This document shows, one piece after another, positions 12,021 through 25,800 of a stretch of 64,000 nt of DNA. This DNA comes from Eledone cirrhosa (taxonomy: Eukaryota): positions 9,424,001 to 9,488,000 of the forward strand of contig OZ024749.1 in assembly GCA_964016885.1 (NCBI GenBank), read 5' to 3'. The position numbers and the translations under genes were made by a program. Numbering within the stretch: position 1 is the stretch's first letter; each line of letters begins with the position of its first letter. The notes beneath the pieces were generated by a model. It searched no databases, was not told where the DNA came from, and worked only from the letters and a program-made list of their open reading frames with translations.

Positions 12021-12219
12021 CGAGGGTTGGCTGAAAAGTTTGTTAGCTGACTATGAAAGATTGACGCTAGGGCTGTGAAATATTGCATGCACTAATTTTA
12101 GCTCTTCTTATTATTAATAACTGCATTGTTTCTTTCCGGAGACTATGTTGAAAAATAAACCATTTGGTCATTCCATAAGAATATCATGGTCAGCCTATGA
12201 ACCTTTCAGCCGACCCTCT
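12021..12219. mobile_element. Tc1/mariner-type MITE (~200 bp)
   Basis: Left end TA|CGAGGGTTGGCTGAAAAGTTTGTTAGCTGAC and right end GTCAGCCTATGAACCTTTCAGCCGACCCTCT|TA form ~31-bp imperfect TIRs with TA target duplications (12019-20, 12220-21). Confidence 0.88.
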
Positions 12220-12371
12220 TACACAAACATACAAATTCAAAATATTGTCACACACACACACCCACCCCCAACCCCCACACACCCCACACACACACACACT
12301 CTTAACTTCATCTCTGCACCACACCTCAAGTATATTGGACATGCATGCCAACCAGAAAATATAATATACAA

Positions 12372-12506
12372 TATCATCATCATCATTTTACATCCACTTG
12401 TCACAGCTTCCTTCTCTCCATTTGTCAGAGTCCTTTGTCATATGAACTTCAGCAATCTAATGTCAGCTCTCACCACCTCCACCCATGTTTTCCATGGTCT
12501 TCCGCT
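12372..12506 (-). mobile_element. Old RTE LINE 3' end fragment
   Basis: The minus strand encodes SGRPWKTWVEVVRADIRLLK, compared with GRPRKTWDELINSDI in the RTE ORF at 35093-36256, and ends in a (GAT)n tail. Confidence 0.75.
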
Positions 12507-12734
12507 ATTGAATATATACAAAGAAATTATAGTTACCAAACCAAGCAGAAAATATTATTTAGATCTGTGGTTGAAGTATACAGAAATTCTAAACTTGATT
12601 GTTGATAAAGCAAAGAAGTTAACACAATCAAAACCTGCCAAACTAGTCAATGAAACCAGCTTGCCTCAAAGACTTCAATAAAGTTCAGGAAGGATCTCTT
12701 GGAACTGAATTTGTTATTTATTTCTACCCTTACC

Positions 12735-13140
12735 TATGGTCAGGAATCTTGAGTAATGACTGAAAAAATATGATTGCAAATGCAAGTGACCGAGATGGGT
12801 TTTTTTCTGAAAGGTTTTTGAGTAATGTAGCTCGATAGGGTGTGTAGCTCTGGATATCAGGGAGTCGCTCCAGGTAGAGCCACTACTTTTCTACATCAAT
12901 GGCTGACAGCTCTGGTACTACAGAGGACATGTGGTTAGAATGTATAAAGAAAGAATCGCTGGACAGATTTTCAGGCAAAGCCAACTGGCGGGAGACCCAG
13001 AGTACACCTGAATTAAGTTGGTTGGATAACATCCAAGAGCTTAGATGGTCTCACTTGGGGATCTAGCTGGATTATTTGGAGATTGTTGCTTTTGATAGGA
13101 CATTCAGGAAGGTGTCTGAGGACTTTAACTCCACGACACT
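12735..13140 (+). mobile_element. Degenerate RTE-clade LINE ORF C-terminal fragment, a different subfamily
   Basis: Piecewise translation across stops and frameshifts gives ES*VMTEK...QVTEMGF...DRV.S.DIRESLQVEPLL.YI...QL...GHVVRM..ERI...AKPTG.RPR....SWLDNI, which resembles RTE post-RT motifs. Confidence 0.72.
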
Positions 13141-13246
13141 CCCAGGATTAAGTGAAAAAAGAAGAGGAAGTGGATGAGGAGGAGGATGAGTAAAAAATAA
13201 AATGTAATTTCAGTTAAGATCTTCGTTATATTAACAAATATCAGTA

Positions 13247-14053
13247 CAATGTACACCCGGCATTCGCAGTCCTGGCATTTGAGGTTCCGGTTATTTGCTG
13301 AATTTACCTTAAAACCTAATAACTGTTCGTTAAAACCACCGCATATTCGCGAAATTGTAAATATCTTCCACGATTTTTTAATAGCTTTGTTCTTGGCAAT
13401 GTATATTTTTTTAGCACTAAATTATTAAGCACAATATACTGTATTTGCTCCCTCTTTTTTTATTATATTTTACGTTATATTTGAACGCCTTACTTCCCTG
13501 GGCATGGATACATTGAAGCTCCGACGTCTGGCAACTGACTTGGTAAACACCCACAAAATTATTAACCATCTTGCCAACAACAACCCTGAGCACCTTTTTG
13601 ATTTCCATGTGTCTAACACACGTGGGCATGCCCACAAAGTCAGAAAACAGCACAGTTCTCATGACTTTCAGAAACATTTTTTCACGCTCAGAGTTGCTGA
13701 AGCATGGACCAAACTACCTGCATCAATTATTAACTGTCGAAACACTGCATCCTTTAAAACCTCCATGCTTCCTGAGATTCGCCAACACTACATCTAATGT
13801 TCCCCCTCCATACACATACACACATGTATATCATGACTCTTACACTATACACTTTCCTGACATTTGTATATTATTCTATGCACTATACATGCACCTTTGA
13901 CAAGTTGTAGTGCACCTGAGCACTTTACACAATAATTTCATTATTTTTACGACATTTATAGGCTTTTTTATGGACCATGACCAATATTCATGGTTTTCCA
14001 CTCTTCGTGGATGCTCTAGAAATGTAACCCCCATGAATACTGGGGCACAACTT
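13247..14053. mobile_element. Old pogo/Tigger-like non-autonomous DNA transposon interrupted by a CR1 fragment
   Basis: TA-flanked degenerate inverted ends: CAATGTACACCCGGCATTCGC on the left and ATGAATACTGGGGCACAACTT on the right. The subterminal AACCCCC..GAATAC resembles Tigger-type ends. Confidence 0.5.
13480..13945 (+). mobile_element. CR1-clade LINE 3' fragment (ORF2 C-terminus plus 3' UTR)
   Basis: ERLTSLGMDTLKLRRLATDL...TRGHAHKV...HFFTLRVAEAWTKLP...SFK matches the CR1 C-terminal signature (L..RR...DL; TRGH; FF..RV...WN.LP). The stop is at 13795-13797, followed by a UTR ending in AATAATTTCATTATT. Confidence 0.85.
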
Positions 14054-14202
14054 TATACAATAATGTTGGTATTTGTCATGTTTTACTTTATTTTTAATTT
14101 TATTAACCAAAGCATTAGTTTATGATAAATTAAATATTTTCCTACTTAACACTAATTAATGAAATAAAATAAGATAAATAATTTTTTTCTATTTCTAAAT
14201 AG

Positions 14203-14250
14203 TTAATAGCAAGCACACACAAATTTCGGATCTGCATAAAAAGCTATCAG
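14203..14250 (+). other. Candidate 48-bp internal exon of an unidentified host gene
   Basis: Polypyrimidine acceptor TTTTTTTCTATTTCTAAATAG and consensus donor CAG|GTAAGT. The length is divisible by 3 and two frames are open (NSKHTQISDLHKKLS or LIASTHKFRICIKSYQ). No homology recognised. Confidence 0.3.
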
Positions 14251-14663
14251 GTAAGTTTCATTAATTTTATTAATTTTCTACGTCTAAATTTATGAAATAA
14301 TGATTTATTCAAATATTTTATGTGTTTATTTGACATTTTTACATTTCTAACTACAAATATATTGAAATCAATATATTTACATATGATATTAAGATCCTAA
14401 TAAAATAAATATTTTTTAATATATTTCTTTTTGTAAATAACGAGCAGTTAATTGTGAAAAACAGATGGAATTAGAAATATTTTTTTTATTAATTACTTTG
14501 TTTAATTTTATTCTACTCACGTAATTTTTCATTAACATTTTCAGAAAGAGATTTTAAGAAGCTTTTTTTTCTGAACAATGTTAATTCATAGAGGTAGAGT
14601 TTGTCTTACTTTTTCTATTGATGGGTGATAGACAGATCTAGTCTCTCGGAAGATGTCACTATG

Positions 14664-14712
14664 ACATCATCATCATCATCTTCATCATCATCATCTTCAT
14701 CATCGTCATCAT
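14664..14712. repeat. (CAT)n microsatellite, imperfect
   Basis: CATCATCATCATCATCTTCATCATC... seen directly. Confidence 0.9.
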
Positions 14713-15354
14713 AAAACAGCAACAAATTCTAAGTTGTGAATCTATTAGAATCAGTGCATAGCTAAGGAAATATTGTATCTTATTTTTGACATGTGGAATT
14801 GATGAAAAAAAGTGATGAAATGAGATGAAAATTGTTATAAAAGACTTGAGTTATTGCATGTATAAATACTTTAACACACATATATACACAGGCACTCACA
14901 CATAGACCTACACCCATTCACAAGCAGACACCTGCACACACAAACATGCTCCACTAAAGAATACTTTAACACACACATATACACCTAAGCACACCCATAC
15001 ACATGCACACACACACACACACGCACGCGCGTGCGCGCATATCTCTAAAGAATTAGCTTTTAAAGAAATCCACACAAGCTCAGTAAATCTGTAATGGACT
15101 TGTTCACCAACTTCTGTATAGCATCATAAGTTGGCAGAATGCCATTTAAGCCACATGCACATATTGTAGGAATAGAATTACACTTCAGTTGATATCTATA
15201 AGCAATTAACTTAACTCTCATGTAAGAATTTCTCTCATTCTTTTGTTGATAATTCCATCTCCATTTCATGTATGTTGCTGCAGTGTTACAAAATATGTGA
15301 ACCACCCAGAAAGCAGCAACACTATATACAACCATCTATATACATCAACACTAG

Positions 15355-15509
<155 letters not shown>

Positions 15510-16184
15510 AGCTATTGTTACGATGTACTGGGAATTGAAAACATGTCTTGAATAATTTTTTTTTTTTAAATATTGTTTTCATTAATCCTTTAATCTCAAA
15601 TCATGCCACATCTCTTTGATGTTTTATCATTTATCTTAAATTTATATTTGATGTGTCCTGTGTTTATTGGAAAAGTATTTTCTTGTTGGTTTCTCCAGTC
15701 AATTGCCATAGAAATGTCTGATATAGACCAATGTAAAACTATTTTACAATTATTACTAACAACCAACCAATTCCTGATATATTTACCACTCAAAGATTCG
15801 GACTGTCATTATCTCAGGAATGGGGAAAACTATATTAATTACATTGTTTGTTAGTTTATCTCTGTATCAAATATCTCTTGTACGTAAGTCCCACATGATT
15901 TAAGTTTGGTATAAAGCACTTTAGGTAATTATTGTTTTCTGATTCGATTCTAGTTGGTTATTCTCAATTGCAAAGTAGAATCTAATAGCGTTCAATTTAT
16001 TAACCCCTTAACTTCAGTCTACAAGGTTTGACCTTATATGTATGGACCTGTAACTGCTGGTGGAGTTGTAAAGTCATCATAATGACATACTGCGTTTCTT
16101 GGGTATTTCTTAAACTTGGCAGAGCTCATCCCCCCTCCAGGTTTGAACACAACCAATTTCTTCCAGAGAAGGGGAGAGAGAATT

Positions 16185-16324
16185 AGCTCCAGTACCAGAC
16201 TGGTACTTTTTTTATCGACCTCAAAAGGATGAAAGACAAAGTTAACCCCTGTAGGATTTGAACTCAGAGTGCAGAACAAATACCACAAAGCATTCTATCC
16301 AATGTTCTAATGACTCTGCTAATT
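16185..16324 (-). mobile_element. tRNA-derived SINE copy
   Basis: CTGGTACTTTTTTTATCGACCTCAAAAGGATGAAAGACAAAGTTAACC...GGATTTGAACTCAGA, same family as 1803-1996. Confidence 0.82.
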
Positions 16325-16386
16325 TTCTGTTCAGTATTGAGTTTATTATCTCATTAAATTCAGTCTACAAGGCTTAGGCAAAAAGC

Positions 16387-16676
16387 TATACCCAGGCCTG
16401 TTACGAGGGTTTGGTGATCAGGGGTACCTCAGAACATTCAGGCTAGGCTCATTAATTCCCTAGGGGTTTTTGTTTGCTGGTTTGTTTTTATTTATTTTTA
16501 ATTTTTTTGTTCTTTGTTCTTGTTTTAAGAAGAAAAGTTAGTAAAAAAATGACGACTTGAAGGGATATAATTCAGGTTGATTGTCATCAGCCCTTTTTAT
16601 TAAATTTTCAGGTAACCATCCAGGGTCCCCTCGTAACCACCCATATACCCCGTCCTTGCAAATGGACCTGGTTATG
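16387..16676. mobile_element. Possible MITE with degenerate inverted ends
   Basis: GTTACGAGGG (16401-16410) is the exact reverse complement of CCCTCGTAAC (16628-16637). Weaker matches are TATACCCAGGCC vs GGACCTGGTTAT and GGTACCTCAGAA vs TTTTCAGGTAACC. Confidence 0.4.
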
Positions 16677-16688
16677 ACCTACTTGATT

Positions 16689-16838
16689 TCATCATCATCA
16701 TCATTACATCTACTTTTCCATGTTTGTATGGGTTGGACAGGTCTTTCTAACACAGCATATTTCCATTTATCATGGCTCTGAGATTCAGTGATTTGAGATC
16801 ATCTCTGACAACTTCTGTGCAGGTCTTCCTTCATCTCT
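16689..16838 (-). mobile_element. Old RTE LINE 3' end fragment
   Basis: (CAT)n tail followed by TTCCATGTTTGTATGGGTTGGAC (compare 34732). The minus strand encodes R*RKTCTEVVRDDLKSLNL, an RTE C-terminus-like peptide. Confidence 0.75.
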
Positions 16839-16886
16839 ATCTACTGATTTATTATACATATGCTAAATATATTAAGAAATGTAGCC

Positions 16887-19800
16887 ACACATCTACTGTG
16901 GTTATATTAGTGGGATGTAGTTAAATACTATACTTTCACATCTACTGTGGTTATATTAGTGGGATGTAGTTAAATACTATACCTTCACATCTACTGTAGT
17001 TATATTAGTAGGATGTAATTAAATACTATACCTTCACATCTACTGTGGTTATATTAGTGGGATGTAGTTAAATACTATACCTTCACATCTACTGTGGTTA
17101 TATTAGTAGGATGTAGATAAATACTATACCTTCACATCTACTGTAGTTATATTAGTAGGATGTAATTAAATACTATACCTTCACATCTACTGTGGTTATA
17201 TTAGTGGGATGTAGTTAAATACTATACCTTCACATCTACTGTGGTTATATTAGTAAGATGTAGTTAAATACTATACCTTCACATCTACTGTGGTTATATT
17301 AGTGGGATGTAGTTAAATACTATACCTTCACATCTACTGTGGTTATATTAGTGGGATGTAGTTAAATACTATACCTTCACATCTACTGTGGTTATATTAG
17401 TAGGAAATAGTTAAATATTATACCTTCACATCTACTGTGGTTATATTAGTAGGATGTAGTTAAATATTATACCTTCACATCTACTGTGGTTATATTAGTA
17501 GGAAATAGTTAAATATTATACCTTCACATCAACTGTAGTTATATTAGTAAGAAATAGTTAAATACTATACCTTCACATCTACTGTGGTTATATTAGTAGG
17601 AAATAGTTAAATATTATACCTTCACATCTACTGTGGTTATATTAGTAGGAAATAGTTAAATATTATACCTTCACATCTACTGTGGTTATATTAGTAGGAA
17701 ATAGTTAAATATTATACCTTCACATCTACTGTGGTTATATTAGTAGGAAATAGTTAAATACTATACCTTCACATCTACTGTGGTTATATTAGTGGGATGT
17801 AGTTAAATACTACACCTTCACATCTACTGTGGTTATATTAGTAGGAAATAGTTAAATATTATACTTTCTAATCTACTGTGGTTATATTAGTAGGAAATAG
17901 TTAAATACTACACCTTCACATCTACTGTGGTTATATTAGTGGGATGTAGTTCAATATTATACCTTCACATCTACTGTGGTTATATTAGTGGGATGTAGTT
18001 AAATATTATACCTTCACATCTACTGTGGTTATATTAGTAGGATGTAGTTAATTATTATACCTTCACATCTACTGTAGTTTTATTAGTAGGATATAGGTAA
18101 ATATTATACCTTCACATCTACTGTGGTTATATTAGTAGGATGCAGTTAAATATTATACCTTCACATCTACTGTGGTTATATTAGTAGGAAATAGTTAAAT
18201 ACTATACCTTCACATCTACTGTGGTTATATTAGTAGGAAATAGTTAAATACTACACCTTCACATCTACTGTGGTTATATTAGTGGGATGTAGTTAAATAT
18301 TATACCTTCACATCTACTGTGGTTATATTAGTGGGATGTAGTTAAATATTATACCTTCACATCTACTGTGGTTATATTAGTGGGATGTAGTTAAGTACTA
18401 TACCTTCACATCTACTGTGGTTATATTAGTAGGAAATAGTTAAATATTATACCTTCACATCTACTGTGGTTATATTAGTAGGATGTAGTTAAATACTATA
18501 CCTTCAGATCTACTGTGGTTATATTAGTGGGATGTAGTTAAATACTATACCTTCACATCTACTGTGGTTATATTAGTGGGATGTAGTTAAATACTATACC
18601 TTCACATCTACTGTGGTTATATTAGTAGGAAATAGTTAAATATTATACCATCACATCTACTGTGGTTATATTAGTGGGATGTAGTTAAGTACTATACCTT
18701 CACATCTACTGTGGTTATATTAGTGGGATGTAGTTAAATACTATACCTTCACATCTACTGTGGTTATATTATTGGGATGTAGTTAAATACTATACTTTCA
18801 CATCTACTGTGGTTATATTAGTGGGATGTAGTTAAATACTATACCTTCACATCTACTGTGGTTATATTAGTAGGATGTAGTTAAATATTATACCTTCACA
18901 TCTACTGTGGTTATATTAGTAGGAAATAGTTAAATATTATACCTTCACATCTACTGTAGTTATATTAGTAGGAAATAGTTAAATACTATACCTTCACATC
19001 TACTGTGGTTATATTAGTAGGAAATAGTTAAATATTATACCTTCACATCTACTGTGGCTATATTAGTAGGAAATAGTTAAATATTATACCTTCACATCCA
19101 CTGTGGTTATATTAGTAGGAAATAGTTAAATATTATACTTTCACATCTACTGTGGTTATATTAGTAGGAAATAGTTAAATACTACACCTTCACATCTACT
19201 GTGGTTATGTTAGTAGGAAATAGTTAAATACTACACCTTCACATCTACTGTGGTTATATTAGTAGGATGTAGTTAAATATTATACCTTCACATCTACTGT
19301 GGTTATATTAATAGGAAATAGTTAAATATTATACCTACATATCTACTGTAGTTATATTAGTAGGAAATAGTTAAATATTATACCTTCATATCTACTGTAG
19401 TTATATTAGTAGGAAATAGTTAAATATTATACCTTCATATCTACTGTAGTTATATTAGTAGGAAATAGTTAAATACTATACCTTCACATCTACTGTGGTT
19501 ATATTAGTAGGAAATAGTTAAATATTATACCTTCACATCTACTGTGGTTATATTAGTAGGAAATAGTTTAATATTATACCTTCATATCTACTGTAGTTAT
19601 ATTAGTAGGAAATAGTTAAATACTATACCTTCACATCTACTGTGGTTATATTAGTAGGAAATAGTTAAATACTACACCTTCACATCTACTGTGGTTATAT
19701 TAGTGGGATGTAGTTAAATATTATACCTTCACATCTACTGTGGTTATATTAGTGGGATGTAGTTAAATATTATACCTTCACATCTACTGTGGTTATATTA

Positions 19801-22800
19801 GTGGGATGTAGTTAAGTACTATACCTTCACATCTACTGTGGTTATATTGGTGGGATGTAGTTAAATACTATACCTTCACATCTACTGTGGTTATATTAGT
19901 AGGAAATAGTTAAATATTATACCTTCACATCTACTGTGGTTATATTAGTGGGATGTAGTTAAATACTATACCTTCACATCTACTGTGGTTATATTAGTAG
20001 GATGTAGTTAAATACTATACCTTCACATCTACTGTGGTTATATTTGTGGGATGTAGTTAAATACTATACCTTCACATCTACTGTGGTTATATTAGTGGGA
20101 TGTAGTTAAATACTATACCTTCACATCTACTGTGGTTATATTAGTAGGAAATAGTTAAATACTACACCTTCACATCTACTGTGGTTATATTAGTGGGATG
20201 TAGTTAAATATTATACCTTCACATCTACTGTGGTTATATTAGTGGGATGTAGTTAAATATTATACCTTCACATCTACTGTGGTTATATTAGTGGGATGTA
20301 GTTAAGTACTATACCTTCACATCTACTGTGGTTATATTAGTAGGATGTAGTTAAATACTATACCTTCAGATCTACTGTGGTTATATTAGTGGGATGTAGT
20401 TAAATACTATACCTTCACGTCTACTGTGGTTATATTAGTGGGATGTAGTTAAATACTATACCTTCACATCTACTGTGGTTATATTAGTAGGAAATAGTTA
20501 AATATTATACCTTCACATCTACTGTAGTTATATTAGTAGGAAATAGTTAAATATTATACCTTCACATCTACTGTAGTTATATTAGTAGGAAATAGTTAAA
20601 TACTATACCTTCACATCTACTGTGGTTATCTTAGTAGGAAATAGTTAAATATTATACCTTCACATCTACTGTGGTTATATTAGTAGGAAATAGTTAAATA
20701 TTATACCTTCACATCCACTGTGGTTATATTAGTAGGAAATAGTTAAATATTATACTTTCACATCTACTGTGGTTACATTAGTAGGAAATAGTTAAATACT
20801 ACACCTTCACATCTACTGTGGTTATATTAGTAGGAAATAGTTAAATACTACACCTTCACATCTACTGTGGTTATATTAGTAGGATGTAGTTAAATATTAT
20901 ACCTTCACATCTACTGTGGTTATATTAGTGGGATGTAGTTAAATATTATACCTTCACATCTACTGTGGTTATATTAGTAGGATGTAGTTAATTATTATAC
21001 CTTCACATCTACTTTAGTTATATTAGTAGGAAATAGGTAAATATTATACCTTCACATCTACTGTGATTATATTAGTAGGAAATAGTTAAATATTATACCT
21101 TCACATCTACTGTGGTTATATTAGTGGGATGTAGTTAAATACTATACCTTCACATCTACTGTGGTTATATTAGTAGGAAATAGTTAAATACTATACCTTC
21201 ACGTCTACTGTGGTTATATTAGTAGGATGTAGTTAAATATTATACCTTCGCATCTACTGTGGTTATATTAGTAGGAAATAGTTAAATACTATACCTTCAC
21301 ATCTACTGTGGTTATATTAGTAGGAAATAGTTAAATACTACACCTTCACATCTACTGTGGTTATATTAATAGGAAATAGTTAAATATTATACCTTCATAT
21401 CTACTGTAGTTATATTAGTAGGAAATAGTTAAATACTATACCTTCACATCTACTGTGGTTATATTAGTAGGAAATAGTGAAATATTATACCTTCACATCT
21501 ACTGTGGTTATATTAGTGGGATGTAGTTAAATACTATACCTTCACATCTACTGTGGTTATATTAGTAGGATGTAGTTAAATACTATACCTTCACATCTAC
21601 TGTAGTTATATTAGTAGGATGTAATTAAATACTATACCTTCACATCTACTGTGGTTATATTAGTGGGATGTAGTTAAATACTATACCTTCACATCTACTG
21701 TGGTTATATTAGTAGGATGTAGTTAAATACTATACCTTCACATCTACTGTGGTTATATTAGTGGGATGTAGTTAAATACTATACCTTCACATCTACTGTG
21801 GTTATATTAGTGGGATGTAGTTAAATACTATACCTTCACATCTACTGTGGTTATATTAGTAGGAAATAGTTAAATATTATACCTTCACATCTACTGTGGT
21901 TATATTAGTAGGATGTAGTTAAATAATATACCTTCACATCTACTGTGGTTATATTAGTAGGAAATAGTTAAATATTATACCTTCACATCTACTGTAGTTA
22001 TATTAGTAAGAAATAGTTAAATACTATACCTTCACATCTACTGTGGTTATATTAGTAGGAAATAGTTAAATATTATACCTTCACATCTACTGTGGTTATA
22101 TTAGTAGGAAATAGTTAAATACTATACCTTCACATCTACTGTGGTTATATTAGTGGGATGTAGTTAAATACTACACCTTCACATCTACTGTGGTTATATT
22201 AGTAGCAAATAGTTAAATATTATACTTTCACATCTACTGTGGTTATATTAGTAGGAAATAGTTAAATACTACACCTTCACATCTACTGTGGTTATATTAG
22301 TGGGATGTAGTTCAATATTATACCTTCACATCTACTGTGGTTATATTAGTGGGATGTAGTTAAATATTATACCTTCGCATCTACTGTGGTTATATTAGTA
22401 GGATGTAGTTAATTATTATACCTTCACATCTACTGTAGTTTTATTAGTAGGATATAGGTAAATATTATACCTTCACATCTACTGTGGTTATATTAGTAGG
22501 ATGTAGTTAAATATTATACCTTCACATCTACTGTGGTTATATTAGTAGGAAATAGTTAAATAATATACCTTCACATCTACTGTGGTTATATTAGTAGGAA
22601 ATAGTTAAATACTACACCTTCACATCTACTGTGGTTATATTAGTGGGATGTAGTTAAATATTATACCTTCACATCTACTGTGGTTATATTAGTGGGATGT
22701 AGTTAAATATTATGCCTTCACATCTACTGTGGTTATATTAGTGGGATGTAGTTAAGTACTATACCTTCACATCTACTGTGGTTATATTAGTAGGAAATAG

Positions 22801-25800
22801 TTAAATATTATACCTTCACATCTACTGTGGTTATATTAGTGGGATGTAGTTAAATACTATACCTTCACATCTACTGTGGTTATATTATTAGGATGTAGTT
22901 AAATACTATACCTTCAGATCTACTGTGGTTATATTAGTGGGATGTAGTTAAATACTATACCTTCACATCTACTGTGGTTATATTAGTGGGATGTAGTTAA
23001 ATACTATACCTTCACATCTACTGTGGTTATATTAGTAGGAAATAGTTAAATATAATACCATCACATCTACTGTGGTTATATTAGTGGGATGTAGTTAAGT
23101 ACTATACCTTCACATCTACTGTGGTTATATTAGTGGGATGTAGTTAAATACTATACCTTCACATCTACTGTGGTTATATTAGTGGGATGTAGTTAAATAC
23201 TATACCTTCACATCTACTGTGGTTATATTAGTAGCATGTAGTTAAATATTATACCTTCACATCTACTGTGGTTATATTAGTAGGAAATAGTTAAATATTA
23301 TACCTTCACATCTACTGTAGTTATATTAGTAGGAAATAGTTAAATACTATACCTTCACATCTACTGTGGTTATATTAGTAGGAAATAGTTAAATATTATA
23401 CCTTCACATCTACTGTGGTTATATTAGTAGGAAATAGTTAAATATTATACCTTCACATCCACTGTGGTTATATTAGTAGGAAATAGTTAAATATTATACT
23501 TTCACATCTACTGTGGTTATATTAGTAGGAAATAGTTAAATACTACACCTTCACATCTACTGTGGTCATATTAGTAGGAAATAGTTAAATACTACACCTT
23601 CACATCTACTGTGGTTATATTAGTAGGATGTAGTTAAATATTATACCTTCACATCTACTGTGGTTATATTAGTGGGATGTAGTTAAATACTATACCTTCA
23701 CATCTACTGTGGTTATATTAGTAGGATGTAGTTAATTATTATACCTTCACATCTACTTTAGTTATATTAGTAGGAAATAGGTAAATATTATACCTTCACA
23801 TCTACTGTGGTTATATTAGCAGGAAATAGTTAAATATTATACCTTCACATCTACTGTGGTTATATTAGTGGGATGTAGTTAAATACTATACCTTCACATC
23901 TACTGTGGTTATATTAGTAGGATGTAGTTAAATACTATACCTTCACATCTACTGTGGTTATATTAGTGGGATGTAGTTAAATACTATACCTTCACATCTA
24001 CTGTGGTTATATTAGTGGGATGTAGTTAAATACTATACCTTCACATCTACTGTGGTTATATTAGTAGGAAATAGTTAAATATTATACCTTCACATCTACT
24101 GTGGTTATATTAGTAGGATGTAGTTAAATAATATACCTTCACATCTACTGTGGTTATATTAGTAGGAAATAGTTAAATATTATACCTTCACATCTACTGT
24201 AGTTATATTAGTAAGAAATAGTTAAATACTATACCTTCACATCTACTGTGGTTATATTAGTAGGAAATAGTTAAATATTATACCTTCACATCTACTGTGG
24301 TTATATTAGTAGGAAATAGTTAAATATTATACCTTCACATCTACTGTGGTTATATTAGTAGGAAATAGTTAAATACTATACCTTCACATCTACTGTGGTT
24401 ATATTAGTGGGATGTAGTTAAATACTACACCTTCACATCTACTGTGGTTATATTAGTAGGAAATAGTTAAATATTATACTTTCACATCTACTGTGGTTAT
24501 ATTAGTAGGAAATAGTTAAATACTACACCTTCACATCTACTGTGGTTATATTAGTGGGATGTAGTTCAATATTATACCTTCACATCTACTGTGGTTATAT
24601 TAGTGGGATGTAGTTAAATATTATACCTTCGCATCTACTGTGGTTATATTAGTAGGATGTAGTTAATTATTATACCTTCACATCTACTGTAGTTTTATTA
24701 GTAGGATATAGGTAAATATTATACCTTCACATCTACTGTGGTTATATTAGTAGGATGTAGTTAAATATTATACCTTCACATCTACTGTGGTTATATTAGT
24801 AGGAAATAGTTAAATAATATACCTTCACATCTACTGTGGTTATATTAGTAGGAAATAGTTAAATACTACACCTTCACATCTACTGTGGTTATATTAGTGG
24901 GATGTAGTTAAATATTATGCCTTCACATCTACTGTGGTTATATTAGTGGGATGTAGTTAAGTACTATACCTTCACATCTACTGTGGTTATATTAGTAGGA
25001 AATAGTTAAATATTATACCTTCACATCTACTGTGGTTATATTAGTGGGATATAGTTAAATACTATACCTTCACATCTACTGTGGTTATATTAGTAGGATG
25101 TAGTTAAATACTATACCTTCAGATCTACTGTGGTTATATTAGTGGGATGTAGTTAAATACTATACCTTCACATCTACTGTGGTTATATTAGTGGGATGTA
25201 GTTAAATACTATACCTTCACATCTACTGTGGTTATATTAGTAGGAAATAGTTAAATATTATACCATCACATCTACTGTGGTTATATTAGTGGGATGTAGT
25301 TAAGTACTATACCTTCACATCTACTGTGGTTATATTAGTGGGATGTAGTTAAATACTATACCTTCACATCTACTGTGGTTATATTAGTGGGATGTAGTTA
25401 AATACTATACTTTCACATCTACTGTGGTTATATTAGTGGGATGTAGTTAAATACTATACCTTCACATCTACTGTGGTTATATTAGTAGGATGTAGTTAAA
25501 TATTATACCTTCACATCTACTGTGGTTATATTAGTAGGAAATAGTTAAATATTATACCTTCACATCTACTGTAGTTATATTAGTAGGAAATAGTTAAATA
25601 CTATACCTTCACATCTACTGTGGTTATATTAGTAGGAAATAGTTAAATATTATACCTTCACATCTACTGTGGTTATATTAGTAGGAAATAGTTAAATATT
25701 ATACCTTCACATCCACTGTGGTTATATTAGTAGGAAATAGTTAAATATTATACTTTCACATCTACTGTGGTTATATTAGTAGGAAATAGTTAAATACTAC

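Noticed and set aside
11753-12681. ORFs 11753-12088 (-), 12145-12681 (+) and 12345-12605 (+) as host genes
   Set aside because: They run through a MITE, a CA-rich tract and an antisense RTE remnant, with no recognisable domain. A small real exon within 12520-12680 cannot be excluded.
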